NCBI GenBank assembly: GCA_016748015.1
Contig: JAAOMT010000523.1
Location: forward strand, 455,221 to 519,220
Length of the DNA: 64,000 bases
Source: Geosiphon pyriformis uo1
Taxonomy: Eukaryota; Fungi; Glomeromycota
Direction: 5' to 3'
Shown: one piece after another, positions 37,885 to 52,200 of the stretch
Numbering within the stretch: position 1 is the stretch's first letter
Layout of the letters: each line of letters opens with the position of its first letter
Position numbers and translations under genes: made by a program
The notes under the pieces: generated by a model
Database searches by the model: none
What the model was told of the DNA's origin: nothing
Seen by the model: only the letters and a program-made list of their open reading frames with translations

Positions 37885-40800
37885 GTGGCAGAATCAGAAA
37901 ACATAGGAGCAAACTATCTAGGATTTGCAAAATCCTTATTTCAACACTACTATCAACATTTGAGATTAAATCACAACCACATATCAGTGGAATCAGCTTT
38001 CAATTTCTACATCAACAAAAGAATTGCCTATCTGTTAGGAACACCAGTAAATATCGAATTGTCAAGAGAAGCCTTTTACAGTGAATTAATTCAAAATACC
38101 AACCTGCCAACAAATCACAATTTTGCCTCCATTATTATGAAAATCAACAAAAAAATTGAACACCATATACAGCAAAGATACCTCATTATTTACATGAGCA
38201 AAGGCAAAGGAAAACTGCAAACACCAGCAGTAACACCCAAAAAAATACAACCACTTACTTGGAAGAAAACAAAAGTTAAGTCCCCAACTAATCCATCATA
38301 CCACTATACACTCAAAAGTGCCATTAATATTACATCTACTAGTGCAGCCACATCAAACATAACATTAGCATTTAGATGATTCCCATTTCAAAGTAAACAA
38401 AGGAAAGCAGAGTTATTAGGACCATACGGTGCGTATTTTAAAGGATTTAACTCATGATCATCAACACCATCAAAACTCTGATCACCACTGCCTCCCCCAG
38501 ATTTCGGAATTTCTGATCCATGGAAAGTAACAGAATCAGAAGAAGAAAAAGAAGAAAAAGCTGAAGATCAAAAATTTACTTACTAGAACCCAATCACTGA
38601 AAACCTGAAATTTGAAATCCTGAATCTTCAAACTCAGCAAAATCTAAACCCAGAAAATCTGGAAATTAAAACTCTGAATATTCAGACACTGCCAACTCAG
38701 GATAATCGAAACCCTGATTTAATAAATCAACAAAACTTACCTTCAGTAATTGTCATCAATCAACCACTGATTAATCCAATAGCCAAACCCATACAACTGC
38801 CACTTCAATTACTACCCCAACAACCCATGCAATAACAACTACTTCAATTACCACCACAACAACCCAACTTAGATCCAATGGCCTATGCACCAATTGCAAA
38901 ACTTGACAATTTTACCAGCAAAGAGAATGATGCCCAAATATGGCTTAACAATATTGAAAAAGCCATAGTGGCCAATGAATGGAATGACAGTAGAGCCCTT
39001 CAAGCAATGCCCTATTTTCTCAAAAATACTGCTGACTCATGGTATTAGAGCCTAGCCGCCAAACCACAAACTTTCAATGAGTTCAAAACAGAATTCTTGA
39101 GATACTTTAGTAATAACAATAGTATCAATTGCTTGACCAACACATTCACCACCATCAAACAAGGGGACACAGAAGCAGTTATCACTTACTTGAGACACTT
39201 CCATAGAAATCTGTGCCAAATTCAGACAATCCAAGCTGATTACTTTACAGTGCCACAGATCTTGAACCAGTTCATCAGAGGATTGTACAGTAGCATCCTT
39301 CAGCGAATACATCCAATGTATTCAGTTGATCTTTCAACTGCTATCACCCATGCCAGAGATTTTAAAGCAGCTGAGCTAGAAGCCAACCATGCCCAAGCTG
39401 TAAATTTAGTGATGAACAGATTATCTGACTTGGATTCCAAACTAAAACAATTCAGTAATACAATCAATTAGAAACTAAAGGGATACTTAACTGACAATCA
39501 TGCAATCTATCAATCATCACAATAACGCAATAATTCAGGAAACATGAATTGTTTCCAAAATCAGCTGCATCTATTAACATTATCATTATTATTATTACCC
39601 AATCAGCTGTAACAGCCAGAAACATGTGTTTGTCACAACTGTGGTAAACAAGATCACATTAGAGCCGACTGTTGATTTTATAGCAACAATTCATGATCAG
39701 AAAATCAATATCAAAACCCTGATCACAAATTTCAAATTCAGAATCACTACCCAAATCAAGACCAATATCAAACCACTTACCTGCCAATGACACAGCAACC
39801 AATCTATCAACCGCCAGTATATTAACCTTCAATTTATTAACTGCAACCACTGGTAATTTATCAGCTGCAGTCCCAAATAATTTATCAGCCCCAACAACCA
39901 ATTCAAATACCACTCCAAAACCCCACTCAAATGACATCAGAAAACCCAAAACTTAGAATCACTCAAAACTGGAGATCAGTGATGGTTGTTCATCAACCAA
40001 TCCCCAGTTCCTTTTACCAACTATCAGGCTCTCGACAGCAGAATTTAGGTACTGGTTTCACCCAAAACCTGAATTCCCAGAACTATTTAAGTCTCCTGGT
40101 TACTCCAGAAGATGCCACTACCAACAACTTGGAATCCAACCCACCCCAAACAACACTCACCAACAATATTCTACCAGCAACAGTCACCGAAAACAAATCT
40201 TTCGCAGCCATTTTTTTTTTTGAATTGGAGGAAACCATCAACCCACCTTTGTTCAGTGGAGCAGCACTCCAAGAAAAACCCATCACCACAATATACACTG
40301 ATGTGAAAGTTGATGGTCATGCCATCAAACTGATCTTAGATAATAGATCAGCTGGCAGCATCATCACAAGACAACTCATGGATCAATTAGATTGCCAAGT
40401 TGATCATGCTGCCAGCACCAGGATTATTACAGCCGATGGAGCAACCAAAACACCCATTGGAGAGATTAATGATTTTTCCATAGAAGTCAATGGCATCATA
40501 GTACCAATCAAAGTACTCATCATGGAAGCCACTCAATACCAAGCACTCATTAAGAACGACTGGCTGTCCAAAACCAATGCAACTTTAGATTAAAACACCC
40601 AAGAGCTCTAACTTAGCCAGAATGGTTGACACATACAGGTACCAGCCATGTGTGGCCACTTCAAGTCCATCCCCACACCATTAACACCACTTATCAAATT
40701 CAAGAAAGAAAAAGTGAAACCTACCTGGGAAGCGTACCAAGTCTCATGGGCTGATGTTGACCACAATGAACTGCTGCCAATACTTGCTTGGAACAACAAT

Positions 40801-41453
40801 GACAATGAAAAGGAGAAACAAAGAGAAGAACCTATCTGGGAAGCCACCATCGATGCTTGGACTGACAACAACCAAAGTGAGATGCCACCAATTCTAGATT
40901 GGGAAGAAAAGAACAAGAAAAAAGGGAAAGGAAGAGAAGAAAACATATCTAAAAAAACCACTACTACAGAAAAAATAACTAGTGGCTGGGAAAGGGAATA
41001 CTTACATGAACCAATAAAAGAGTTGACAAAAGAGTCACTATACCAAGAGTTGACTAAAAAAACTTGGAATTGGTGGATACAACAATTTCCAAGAAACTAT
41101 TGTTATTTTTATTTGGGACAACACATAAATATCCAGAATCTATATACAGATAAAACAAAGTGATTATTTGATACAAGAATACTACAACAATTAGAACATT
41201 TTGTGGGAAAGAACAACTTATCCATACAGGCCCGAACCATATACCAAATACACACAGCATTTTAGGATCGACCAGAAATCTTACTCAACAAAGCAATAGA
41301 TATGGTTACCAGTAATTAATTAAAAAAGATCACCAATGCTCAATTTAAAGAATTACAGATTCAAATAACACAAGTAATTCTCGAAAATGAAATTCAGGAA
41401 ATACTTCAAGAAGGAGAATTAACAGAGTTAGATTTCGATGGAACTCAATATTA
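37885..41453 (+). pseudogene. Element A gag (N-terminal extension, capsid, CCHC) - aspartic protease - fused 3' ORF remnant, all in one frame with stops
   Basis: Capsid MAYAPIAKLDNF...WLNNIEKAIVANEW (38878); knuckle CHNCGKQDHIRADC (~39630); protease KLILDNRSAGSII...ALIKNDWL. Confidence 0.85.
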
Positions 41454-41464
41454 AAAGGAGGGAA
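41453..41464 (+). promoter_or_regulatory. Polypurine tract of element A
   Basis: aaaaggagggaa just before the 3' LTR; the equivalent in element E is aaaaaaagggaa at 52354-52365. Confidence 0.8.
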
Positions 41465-41467
41465 TAA

Positions 41468-42335
41468 TGTTACTTATAGAAATATAGGGAATATATATTA
41501 GCATAGTTATTAACCAATCAGAAATAGACATAGTAAAATGTGGAATTCCAAGATTCCTTTCAGAAATTGCAGGATTCCAGGAATTACAGAATTCTCACAA
41601 AGAATTGCAAGATTTCAGAATTCCAGGATTCCTCTTAAAGGAATTGCAGAATTCCAGGAATCCCAAGATTCCTGTTGTGAAAAATTGAGGAATTGAAGAA
41701 TCTCAATTATGTATATATAGCAGTAGGATTAGAAGCTAAAAAGACAGACCTTTCAGTTTAGATTTCATTTAGACAACTTTCCAAATTACAAATAAATAAC
41801 TGTTTGTTATCTCAAACCTGCTGCCACTATCAACACTTCATGTTGATAGTAATTGATACTTAACTACACTAGAACAATAGCTCTTGATCATGGCTATTAA
41901 TAGAATACTAACTTGCAAATCACCTTGGCTTATTTTTTTTTTCTTTATTTTCTTTATTTTCTTTATTTCTTGCTTTGATTTTATTGTTGTTTACTAACTC
42001 TATTGAGAATTAATGCATGGGGTACTGACATCAGGATAAACGTAACTGGTAAAAGATCCAGAAATAAGGGTAGAATACTCGATTGAAGATAGCTTACCAA
42101 GAGAAATACCAGCCATCAAGCTAAGAAAAAAATTGATAAAACTGTGGTTTTGGGAAGCTACAGATAAAACTATTACCATTGAATCTCTGTCTATTATACA
42201 AAGAACTCAATCAAACCCTTCGGATACAAACCTTTTAGACACAAATCTTCAGATTACTATCAACTGCAACTAGATTTAAGCACCAAGTTACGAGTTTGTT
42301 ATTTAATCTAACACCAGAAATAGTTACCTGTAACA
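41468..42335 (+). repeat. 3' LTR of element A
   Basis: Direct repeat of 36956-37825. Confidence 0.95.
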
Positions 42336-43237
42336 ATACTTAATAGTTGGTTTTTTTTTTAAAATTTTTTTAATAAGTACTACAATAAAATTTAATAATT
42401 AAACTATTTTTTTATTTAAAATACAATAAGTTTTTATTAATAAGAATAATTTTATTGTATTGTTTAAAAAATTGCTTTTTTTGTTTTTTTTTTAGATTAA
42501 TATTAATAATGAGTTAATTTAAAAACTATTAATTTTTTTTATAATTTGGTTTATAAATTTTGGTTTAAATTTTATAAGCAAATATTTCTAAAAATTTAAA
42601 AAGTTTTTTGTTGTAATTTAATTATTTGTTTAAATTAAATATAATTTCCTAAAGTATAATAATATAATAAAGTAATTAAAAAAAAAATTAAAATTTTTTG
42701 GTAATTTAATATTTATTTTAATTATTGTTTTAAAATTTTTTTAAGTAGTTTTTTATATTATATTGACAGTTTATTGAAATAATTTCAATTAAAAATATTT
42801 TTTTTTGTGTAAATAATAATTTTTTATTTAATTAAAATTTTCTTAATAATAATAATAAATAAATTTATAATTCTTAATAAAATTTTGTTTTAATTTTTAT
42901 AATATTGATTACTCTTTTTAAGTAATAGTTAATTCGAAATTAAAAATAACAAAAAAATTAGTTTTAGTTTTAATTATTTTTTTAAGAATTCTAAAATTTT
43001 ATTAAAATATTAATATAAAACTTTTTTTAAAGATAAGTAATCTTATTTAAAATTTTTAATAATTATTATTTTGATTGATAATAAAATATTTTATTTTTGT
43101 GAATTTTATATTTTATAAGTAACACTAAATATTATAAATAATTTATTTAAAAAAAGTATTGTAATTTTTAATACTAAGTTATAAAATATTAATCTTTAAA
43201 AATCTTTAGATGTTTAAAAATCTTTATAATATTTAAG

Positions 43238-46200
43238 TTTATTTATTTATTTATTTATTTATTTAATAAGTACAGACCAATTATTATCTAATATACAAAA
43301 ACAAACTAAGTAAATCTAACCAAATGTAACTTATATATTTACTACATGTAACTAGCTACTTAAATTAATTAAGACAATACTATATACTTATATATACTTT
43401 AGTATTATTATAAATACTTAAAAAAATAATAATAAGTTTTATACAAACCAAAACTTACAGTAAATAATTCAACAATACCAAGCAAATAAATGATGTTCAC
43501 TAACAGATTACTAAACATATTATTAGAGAAAGAAGAAATTACTCTCTTATTATTAACTAGACTACTCTTTTCTATATTCATCCTGAATTTTACTCTGAAT
43601 AATTACAACTCATTTCAATGCTTCTTAGCCAAGCATTTTGCAAAATCAACTAACACTAATACTGTTTTTTTTTTATTACCAAAAATTGTAACTGTTTTAT
43701 TTATTCAATCCTTGAAAATAAAATCTTTGCATAAAGCCACATAAATACTAACATTTAATATTTTAGAAAAGAGAATATGCAGCACTAAAAACAATAACAA
43801 AGAACATTCAATTACCAAAAACTTTTACAATTTAATATGGTCCAATAAAATCTCAGAACATGTATCTGTTTTTTTTAAGCAAGTAAAAACATAATTAAAT
43901 GGCTTAACATTATCACATATTAAGCACAAAACTTCAGAATAATTTTTGTTATAAAGTCTTTTCTTAATAGCAACTAGCAGTTTTTTATTAACTGTTTTTA
44001 TCAAATATGTGCAGAAGACAGCTAAAAACTTGCTCATAAACTCTAAAAACATATGTGAATTTAAATGCCAAACTGTTACAATAATTGCCTAATCTATATC
44101 ATTAATTATTGTCTTATTCATAATTTTAACACCAGAACCAGCTTCTCATTAATCATAGCAAACAGTCTAATAAATATCCTAAACAAAATAATGACTATTT
44201 TTTAATACTACTCAGTCATCAGCCACAAAAAATCTTTTATAAATCTTTTTAAAAAAAACAAAACCAAAGTGTGTTATATTATATATAAAAACATCAGCTC
44301 TGTTATTACCAGCATTTTTCAAATGACTTTTAATCTTTACTTATTTAACTAAAATATTTTTGGTTTTGATTAAATTAGTTATGTGATGTTTTTTTATTCA
44401 GCATTTGTTCTAAAAATCCAGCAGATGTAAATTGAGTTCCAAAACATATGAATTTAATGCTGTTTAACTATCCATATAAACAATAACCAAAAAAATAAAG
44501 ATACATCTCTAATACCAAAACAATTACCTGGAGCTTTATTAATATCAAAGAAAACAAACTATGTATCTTAATGTTTATATTTATCTTAATATCAAAAAAA
44601 TAAGCTGTTTTTCTACCTGCAATCTTAGCAATACTCAACTGTTTCAAAAAACCATCTATGTAAATATTAAATAGATCAGTTCATAGTTTATATAAACACT
44701 TCCAAATATCTAAAAAGCCACTTAAGCAAATGACATCTAAGCAACCAAAGGCAAAAACAATCTCAACAAATCCAACAGAAAGACTATTTATGTAAATTAA
44801 GGCTTTTTTAAATCACAAAGACACTAAACTTCTAGAACTTAATTTTTTTCAGTAATGAAAAGTGTTTTAATTTACAATCAATCCATGCTTATTCAACAAT
44901 TTATTATCAAAGACAACACCAGAATGCTTGAAAAAAGGAAACACATCATAATAAAAGAAGTCTTCTAAGATTTTAGACATAGAAAAATAATCAGTATCAT
45001 AAAACACATTGAACAAATTATTGATCAAAGAAATTTTGTTGTTCAAAAAATTTTTTATAATACCTGCTAAAAAATTATTCACAGGACTAATTCTTAATCT
45101 AACAGGATATTACAAAAAATTTATTGGAGTTCACCTTAAGACTTGTAAATCCAAAAACCAATGCTCAAATAATTAGCTAAGAATATTAAATGTATTAGAA
45201 AACTTAATTAGTGAAACAATTTTGTCTTTTGCTTATATTTGTTTAAATGTTTTTAGTCTATAAAGAGAAAAATAATGCAAAGTTTTATTAGGAAAATTTT
45301 TTTGCTGGTTGGCTTTAGACTTAAATTTTTTTCTTAATATAATATCTTATTTCTAATACATATTTTTAAACACATAATTGAACTGAGTCTAATAATTAAT
45401 GATAGGTTATAGAATTGCTGAAACCAGATAAACAAATTGTTTATTAGACAATATTTTTCTAAGAATTAAATTAAAAAAAAACCTAATATTCAAATACACT
45501 CTGACAAAACTGGACTTAGATAAATTTTTTGTTGACAAAAAGATACCTAAATATCTGTAAGCTTTGCTATATTTAGCTATAAAAATTGGATGACCATTAA
45601 TGAGCAAAAAAGCATTTATAATTCTTTAATTAATGAGAATTATTATAGTCTTATTATTATTAATAAAAATATTATTAATCTCAAAGAACTTACAAGCAAT
45701 ATCCAAAATATACTGTGTAGAAGCCTGATCATTACTCACTCAGATTGTATTATTAACAAATAATCAGTTGCAAAAAATGAAAATCTACTTCTGTCCACCT
45801 CTAATTTGCCTATTTTTATTACAAAATTTGTGTTAATTCTATATCTACACAAATGCTTTTGTCTTTTAACTTTGTATAATAAAAAGTTATAAAAGATTTT
45901 CTACAAAAGTAGTAAGAATACTTCATTCTAATTCAGCTTATTTAACATTTTGTATCTATTTAAAAGACCAAAATCAGTCATTATTTTGTTGATATTGTTC
46001 ATGTATATATTTCCAAAAAACTTAATAAACTTGTTATATATTCTTATATATTTTAAGTTAGCTTTTAAGTGCCACCATCCAACTAAGTTGTAAGTTTTAT
46101 GCATGTTCTGAAGAACTAGCCAAACTTCTTGACTTTTTTTTAAAGCAATCTCTACTATTAATTCAACTATAAACATAAAAGATTGAGTCAAAGTATTCTT

Positions 46201-49200
46201 TAAGACTAAAAAGTTATTATTTTAAAGAACATTACACTTAATACAAACAGACCAGATACAATCTAACAGAATCTTAGAAAATATTTTTTTAGCTATTTCA
46301 ATTAAAGAAATAGACTGTGTGTTTATTAAAATGCTTTTTCAATTATAAAGTTTAAGAATTATTAAAACTTATATTTTTTTTTAAAAAATCAGAATATTGC
46401 TAAGCACTAAACAAGAATTTAACAAACTTAACAAGCAATCTAATATTTCATTACTATAATGCTTCCAAAGTTCATTTAATATACTTAACAAACCAGCTGC
46501 CTTGTCATTAGATATGTCATAAATTACCAAAACCAGTTCATACATACTGATTTTATTTAAAACATCAAAAAAAGTATTATTTTTTATGTAATTTAATAAT
46601 ACATATTGTTAAGACTAAATAGTAAACAGTACTGAAAGCATTTTGCATTTTCTTATTTAATCTACCATAATTTTATTAACTTTAAGCTTTATCTTTTTTA
46701 GTTTCAAAATCAACTCCTTTCCAATTACCAAATAATTCAAAACTATCTTATAAAAAAACCAATTCAAAACATTTTTTATCATGTTTTTTTTGTCAAAACT
46801 GAAATTTTTCATTTGTTTCTCAATTATTTTTTTAATGGCTGTATTTCTGACAACTTTTAACTCATAGTATTTGAACTTTTTATACTTTTTTCTAATCAAT
46901 AATAAATACTTAAAAATATTTACTGAAACCACACTATTCTAAATCATAATATTAACTTTGGAAGTCTTTTTATTATCAATCATTAACCATTTTGTGAAAA
47001 GACAATTATACTTAAAGCAATTGTTTATATTTAATTTTTTTATAATCCTAACTATTAGCAATTCTAGTTCAAGAAATTTTAATAAATATTTATTTTTTAA
47101 GCACTCAAATTCACTAAACTAATGTTTAAAAAAAGTAACTTTTGTTAATTTTATCATTACTTCTTTTAAATATTTTTATATGTTATTCAATATATTAAAA
47201 TCTTTTGCATTCACAAACCTATTTACTACTAAAAATAGTTCAATTGAAACATATTCTATGAAATAGGTTTATTTGGCATTATTTGTATTTTTAAAATTAA
47301 ACTTTTAGTGATTCTTGTTTGTCTGTTTGTGAATACTATTTAGGCATGTATTCAAAAGACCTTTTAAATCAACTAAAACTATAATCATCTTATGATCTGT
47401 ATCAAAAAATTCAGAAACAGCATTAATTTTGCATATTGTAATTGTTAAAAACAAGTTTTCATTAACAAAAATATAATCAATAATCTTTTTGGCTCTCCTA
47501 AAATTAGTCTAAATAGAAATTTTACCAGAAAATGTCTCTTAAGTAAATTAATCAGACTTATATTCAAATATTTCTTAAAACTTGCATTTTTTTTAAAACT
47601 ATTTTCATTGAAATTACTGTTTAAAACCACAAAAGAGCTGGAATTCACAGCTTTAAAAATAACTAGGTTGATATTAGAAGCTTAATTAAATTGCTTACCA
47701 ACAGATGCACCAGTATATAAATCTAAAATCGTGACTAAAAGCTTGTCTTTGAACAAAAAACATATTGAAATTAAATAACCAAAAATCTTTTTTATTTTTA
47801 AAATGTGTTGAGCTAGAAAACTATTTATAATTATGGTCATACCATGCCTAGAAAACTCATATCCAAATTAGAAGTAAAAATCCAAATCTTATCAAACTTA
47901 TTTATAATTTATAGCCTAATGCTAGATCTTAGTTTTGTTTCTATAATAATTGAAATCATATTTCTTAATTTTATATACCAATAAACAATATTTTTTTGCT
48001 TTGCAAGAATATTAATATTTTAAACATTGTATATAGCTATTTTCTATATTAAGTCTGTTATTGTTGAATAGAATTGTTCAAGCCTAAACTTTTATTGTTC
48101 ACTTTGATTAGCAGATCCATAACAATAATTAATAGATTATCTATCTTATCTTTAAACTTCTTAATAGTTGTTAAATTTAGAGTTCTTACTTTTGCAACAG
48201 TTTTACCATCAGTAGTTATACTCAAACTCTTATTCATTACTATATCTGCTCCTTAATTTTGTGATAAAGAGATTACCAATAACTAATATCTAGGGCTAGA
48301 CTGGAAAATTATTGGTTTAAGTGCATCTAATCTTTTAATCAGCTTGTCAATTTGCCCTATAAAGCTGGTAAAACAATACTTAAGAATAGCAAACCCAATA
48401 TTTATGTTTTCAAATATAAGCAAAAAAAGTTTCACTTCTAAAAAAAAACTATTATTTGTTGAACCAATTTGTCTAAGAAAAAGGAAAAAAAAAGATCTAT
48501 TAACAATTTCGGCTTAAAAAACATTATTAAAAGAAACAAAATATATAATAAGTGTTAAATATTTGACATAAATAATGACTAATCTGTTTTTATTCATTTT
48601 TAACAACACTTTGCAAAGTGCACTACCAGAAAAATTTTTTTACCTACAATACAGTCCAATGATGTATGATTTAAACATTTATACTTTGCATATTTGGCAG
48701 ATCTTAAATAAAACCAGCACAAATAAGTGCCTCTTAATACTAGTGTAATTTTTATGGTAGCATTTAATGAATTGGCAGACTTAAAACAAATCACAGCACA
48801 TCTAGTTTGAACATACAAAACTGGATAAAAATTCATTGTGCATGTTTTTTTATTCACAAAACCAATAAAGTTCCAGATATTATGAATATTTGTTCTTATT
48901 GGCAATATATAAAGCAGCATTCTGTTAGAATATTTTGCATTTCATGTTTCTTTGTTTATATTGGCTTTAGCAATATACATAATATCTTTTTTAATTAGGA
49001 TAAACTATTTTGCAGTAGTTAAAACAGCATAATCTAATTGATTAAACTCTACTACAGTCTTTTGTTATAGTCTTACTAATTGTATTTTAATTAGCTTAAT
49101 GATGTTAAATTTGAAAAATACAGTATATACAGTCTTAGCCAACATCTTAATTAGAATTTTTTTTACCACCACAGCTTAATCTAAACATATTGTTAATTTT

Positions 49201-52200
49201 TTAAAATTAGTATTTATTAAAATTTTCACATCTCTAATTTTTTTAGAAACCTGTACTAAGCTTAAGTCAAAAGTGAATGTTATCTTGATAATTCTAGCAA
49301 ATTTTAAAGAAGTAAATGTTTCTTTAAAACCATTAATTATGACAAATAAATTTATCTTCAAAAAACTTCTCAACAATATTATTCAGATTAATATCTAAAA
49401 TAAATAATTTTCTGCCAGAAATATTAACCAGATTTTTCAAAGAAAGTAGAAGAGTTGGCAGAATATTCAACAAGATATTATTATTATTATCATTCAAAAA
49501 ATTGATTTTTCTTAATGGTATTCCTAATACTTTTTTAGTTTTTATTTATGAATTCTTTGGTATTTAGTTAAAGTTTTTCTTATTAGAAATGTTTCCTTCA
49601 CTATAATCAAAACTGGTTTTCTCTATTAAACATTCTTTTTTTATGTTAATACTATCAGATTCAGTAATGTTACCAGTGTTACTTATAAAAAGTAGAAATT
49701 ATAATAATAAGTAAAATAGCGAATTAGAAATAGGCATAATAAAATAGAGAATTTTAGGATTCTCTTAAGGAATTACAGAATTTCAGAATTCTAGGATTCT
49801 TTTAAGAAATTGCAGAATTTTCTAAGAATCTTATATAACATAAATTATATATATATAACAAAAGTATTAAAAACAGAAAAAGTAATTTCAGAAGAATTCA
49901 ATAAAGTTCAAATTAATTTAAAACAATACCTCTTCTTTCAAAAAATAGTTTTTTATAACTTAAAATAAAATCATTTCCATATTAATAAAATTATTTATTA
50001 TTATTAAATCTATGTTATTATTACTTAATTAATAATATATTAATTACTTTCTTACTATCAACACTCTATGTTAATAGAATTTAATACTTAACTACACTGG
50101 ACCAATAGTTCTTAATCATGGCTATTAACAGGATACTAATTTCTTATTTTCTTTTTTTATTTTTATTTATTTTTTTTATTTTTTATTTTTATTTTGTTTT
50201 ATTTCTTTGTTGTTTACTAATTGATTAAAGGAATTAAGTACAGAATATTTAATGTCAAAGATAGTCTGATAAAAAATCTGGAAATAAGAGTAGAAATTTA
50301 AAAATAGTTTACCAAAAAAGCATAACTGCCAAAATAAACCAGCTATCATACTAAAGAAAAAAATTTACAAAAAAAACCATTAATTGAATTTCTGTTTATT
50401 ATACAAAAATTCAACCAAAATCTTCAGATCACAAAATCTTCAGATATTACCAATATTACCAGCTATTAAATATCAAGTTACAGATTTGTTTTTGTTTTAA
50501 TACTCTAAATAATTACCTATAATATTTGGTGTTTTCTGTGAGATATAATCCAACAAAAAATCAGCATTAACATTAACCAAAAATTAAAAAAATACTTAAC
50601 TAGCAATCAAGCAATTTATTAGCCTTCACAATATTATAACAATTAAGAAAACTCTAATTGTTTCAAAAATTAATCACATTTTTTATTAGCAAATTAATTA
50701 TAACAACAAAAAACACATAATTGTCACTATTATAGTAAATAAAATCATCTAAAAGCAAATTGCCATTTTAGATTTAATAACCAACAATCAAAAAATCAAT
50801 ATTAAAACTCTGATTACAGATTTCAAATTCTGAATTAAATTCTGAATCAAAAACAATATTAATACCAGTCTCATTACACTCAATAATACAATAACTAATA
50901 TATATACCTTTAGTTTATTAGATTCTAGCACCAGTAATTTATTAACCACAGCCACAAGTAATTTATCAATTCCAATTAATTCAAACACCACCCTAAAATT
51001 TAGCTCAAATAACAACTGAAAATCAAAGACTAAGAATTACATATACTCAATAGGACTGACAATTAGCAATAGTAAGACACTAACTAATTCCCAGTTTATT
51101 AAATCAGTTATCAGAATCATGTCAACAGAGTTTGGAAAATAAGTACACCCAAAACCCGAATTCTTAGAACTATTTAAGTCTCTTAGTTACTCTAGAAAAC
51201 AACCTATTCAACAACTTGGAAACCAACCCAATATCACTTATCAACAATATTCTATTAACAATAATCACTAAAGACAAATTACTTGTAGTTATTTTCTTTT
51301 TTAAATTAGAAAAATTTTCAACAATGCTTCTTTTAAATAGAACCACTCTTGATGCCAAATTCATTACAGCTAATAAAGCAACCAAAACTTCTATTGACAA
51401 AATTAATGACTTTTCTTTTGAAGTTAATAGTATTATTATATTCATTAAGATTCTTATTATAGAAGCTACACAGTATCAGTTCTTGTTAGTAACAACTGGC
51501 TGTCCAAAACCAATGTGATGTTTAACTGAAATACTCAGAAGCTATAGCTCAATCAAAATAGTTAGCAAACTTGGGTACCTGTTATCTGTGGCCACTTCAA
51601 AACAAATACTACTATCTAATTATCATTAATTAAGTTCAAAGAAGAAAAAAAAACCTATCTGGAAAGTTTATTAAGTCTTATGGACTGAAGATAAATACAA
51701 TATACTATCACTGATACTTTTTTGGGACAACAAGGAAAAAAAATAAACAAACTACAAATTACTATTTTTACAGAAAAAACAAATAACAGTTGGCACATTC
51801 TATACTTATTAGAACTAAGAAAAGAACTATTTTATTATCAAGATCTAGTACTTACTTGAAAAAAACAAGAGCAGTGTTTAGAATAATTAAATACTAGACT
51901 ATGTAAACATTGCCTAATTTTTTATAACTTCGAATATTGTGATGATTGTGATCTTATTCACAATCTGTTATTACACATAATCTATTTAATTTCCAAAAAA
52001 AAAACCAATTAGCAGTTGCACTTTGGAATTAGAATCAAAATTTAATCACAATTTAGACTCTAATAATAATGACAACAATGATTCCAATTCTGTTTACAAT
52101 GACAATAACAATAATAATAATTTAAACTTTAATGAAAACTTCAAATAATATATCTTGCTTTCAAATTTTTTACAAAAGCAGAAACTTAAATGGTTTAGTG

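Larger units (their letters stand above)
36956..42335 (+). mobile_element. LTR element A: non-autonomous Ty3/Gypsy-type (gag-PR, no RT/RNase H/IN)
   Basis: Two ~870-bp LTRs TGTTAC...GTAACA, ATAC TSD (36952-36955 / 42336-42339), PBS and PPT present. Confidence 0.95.
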
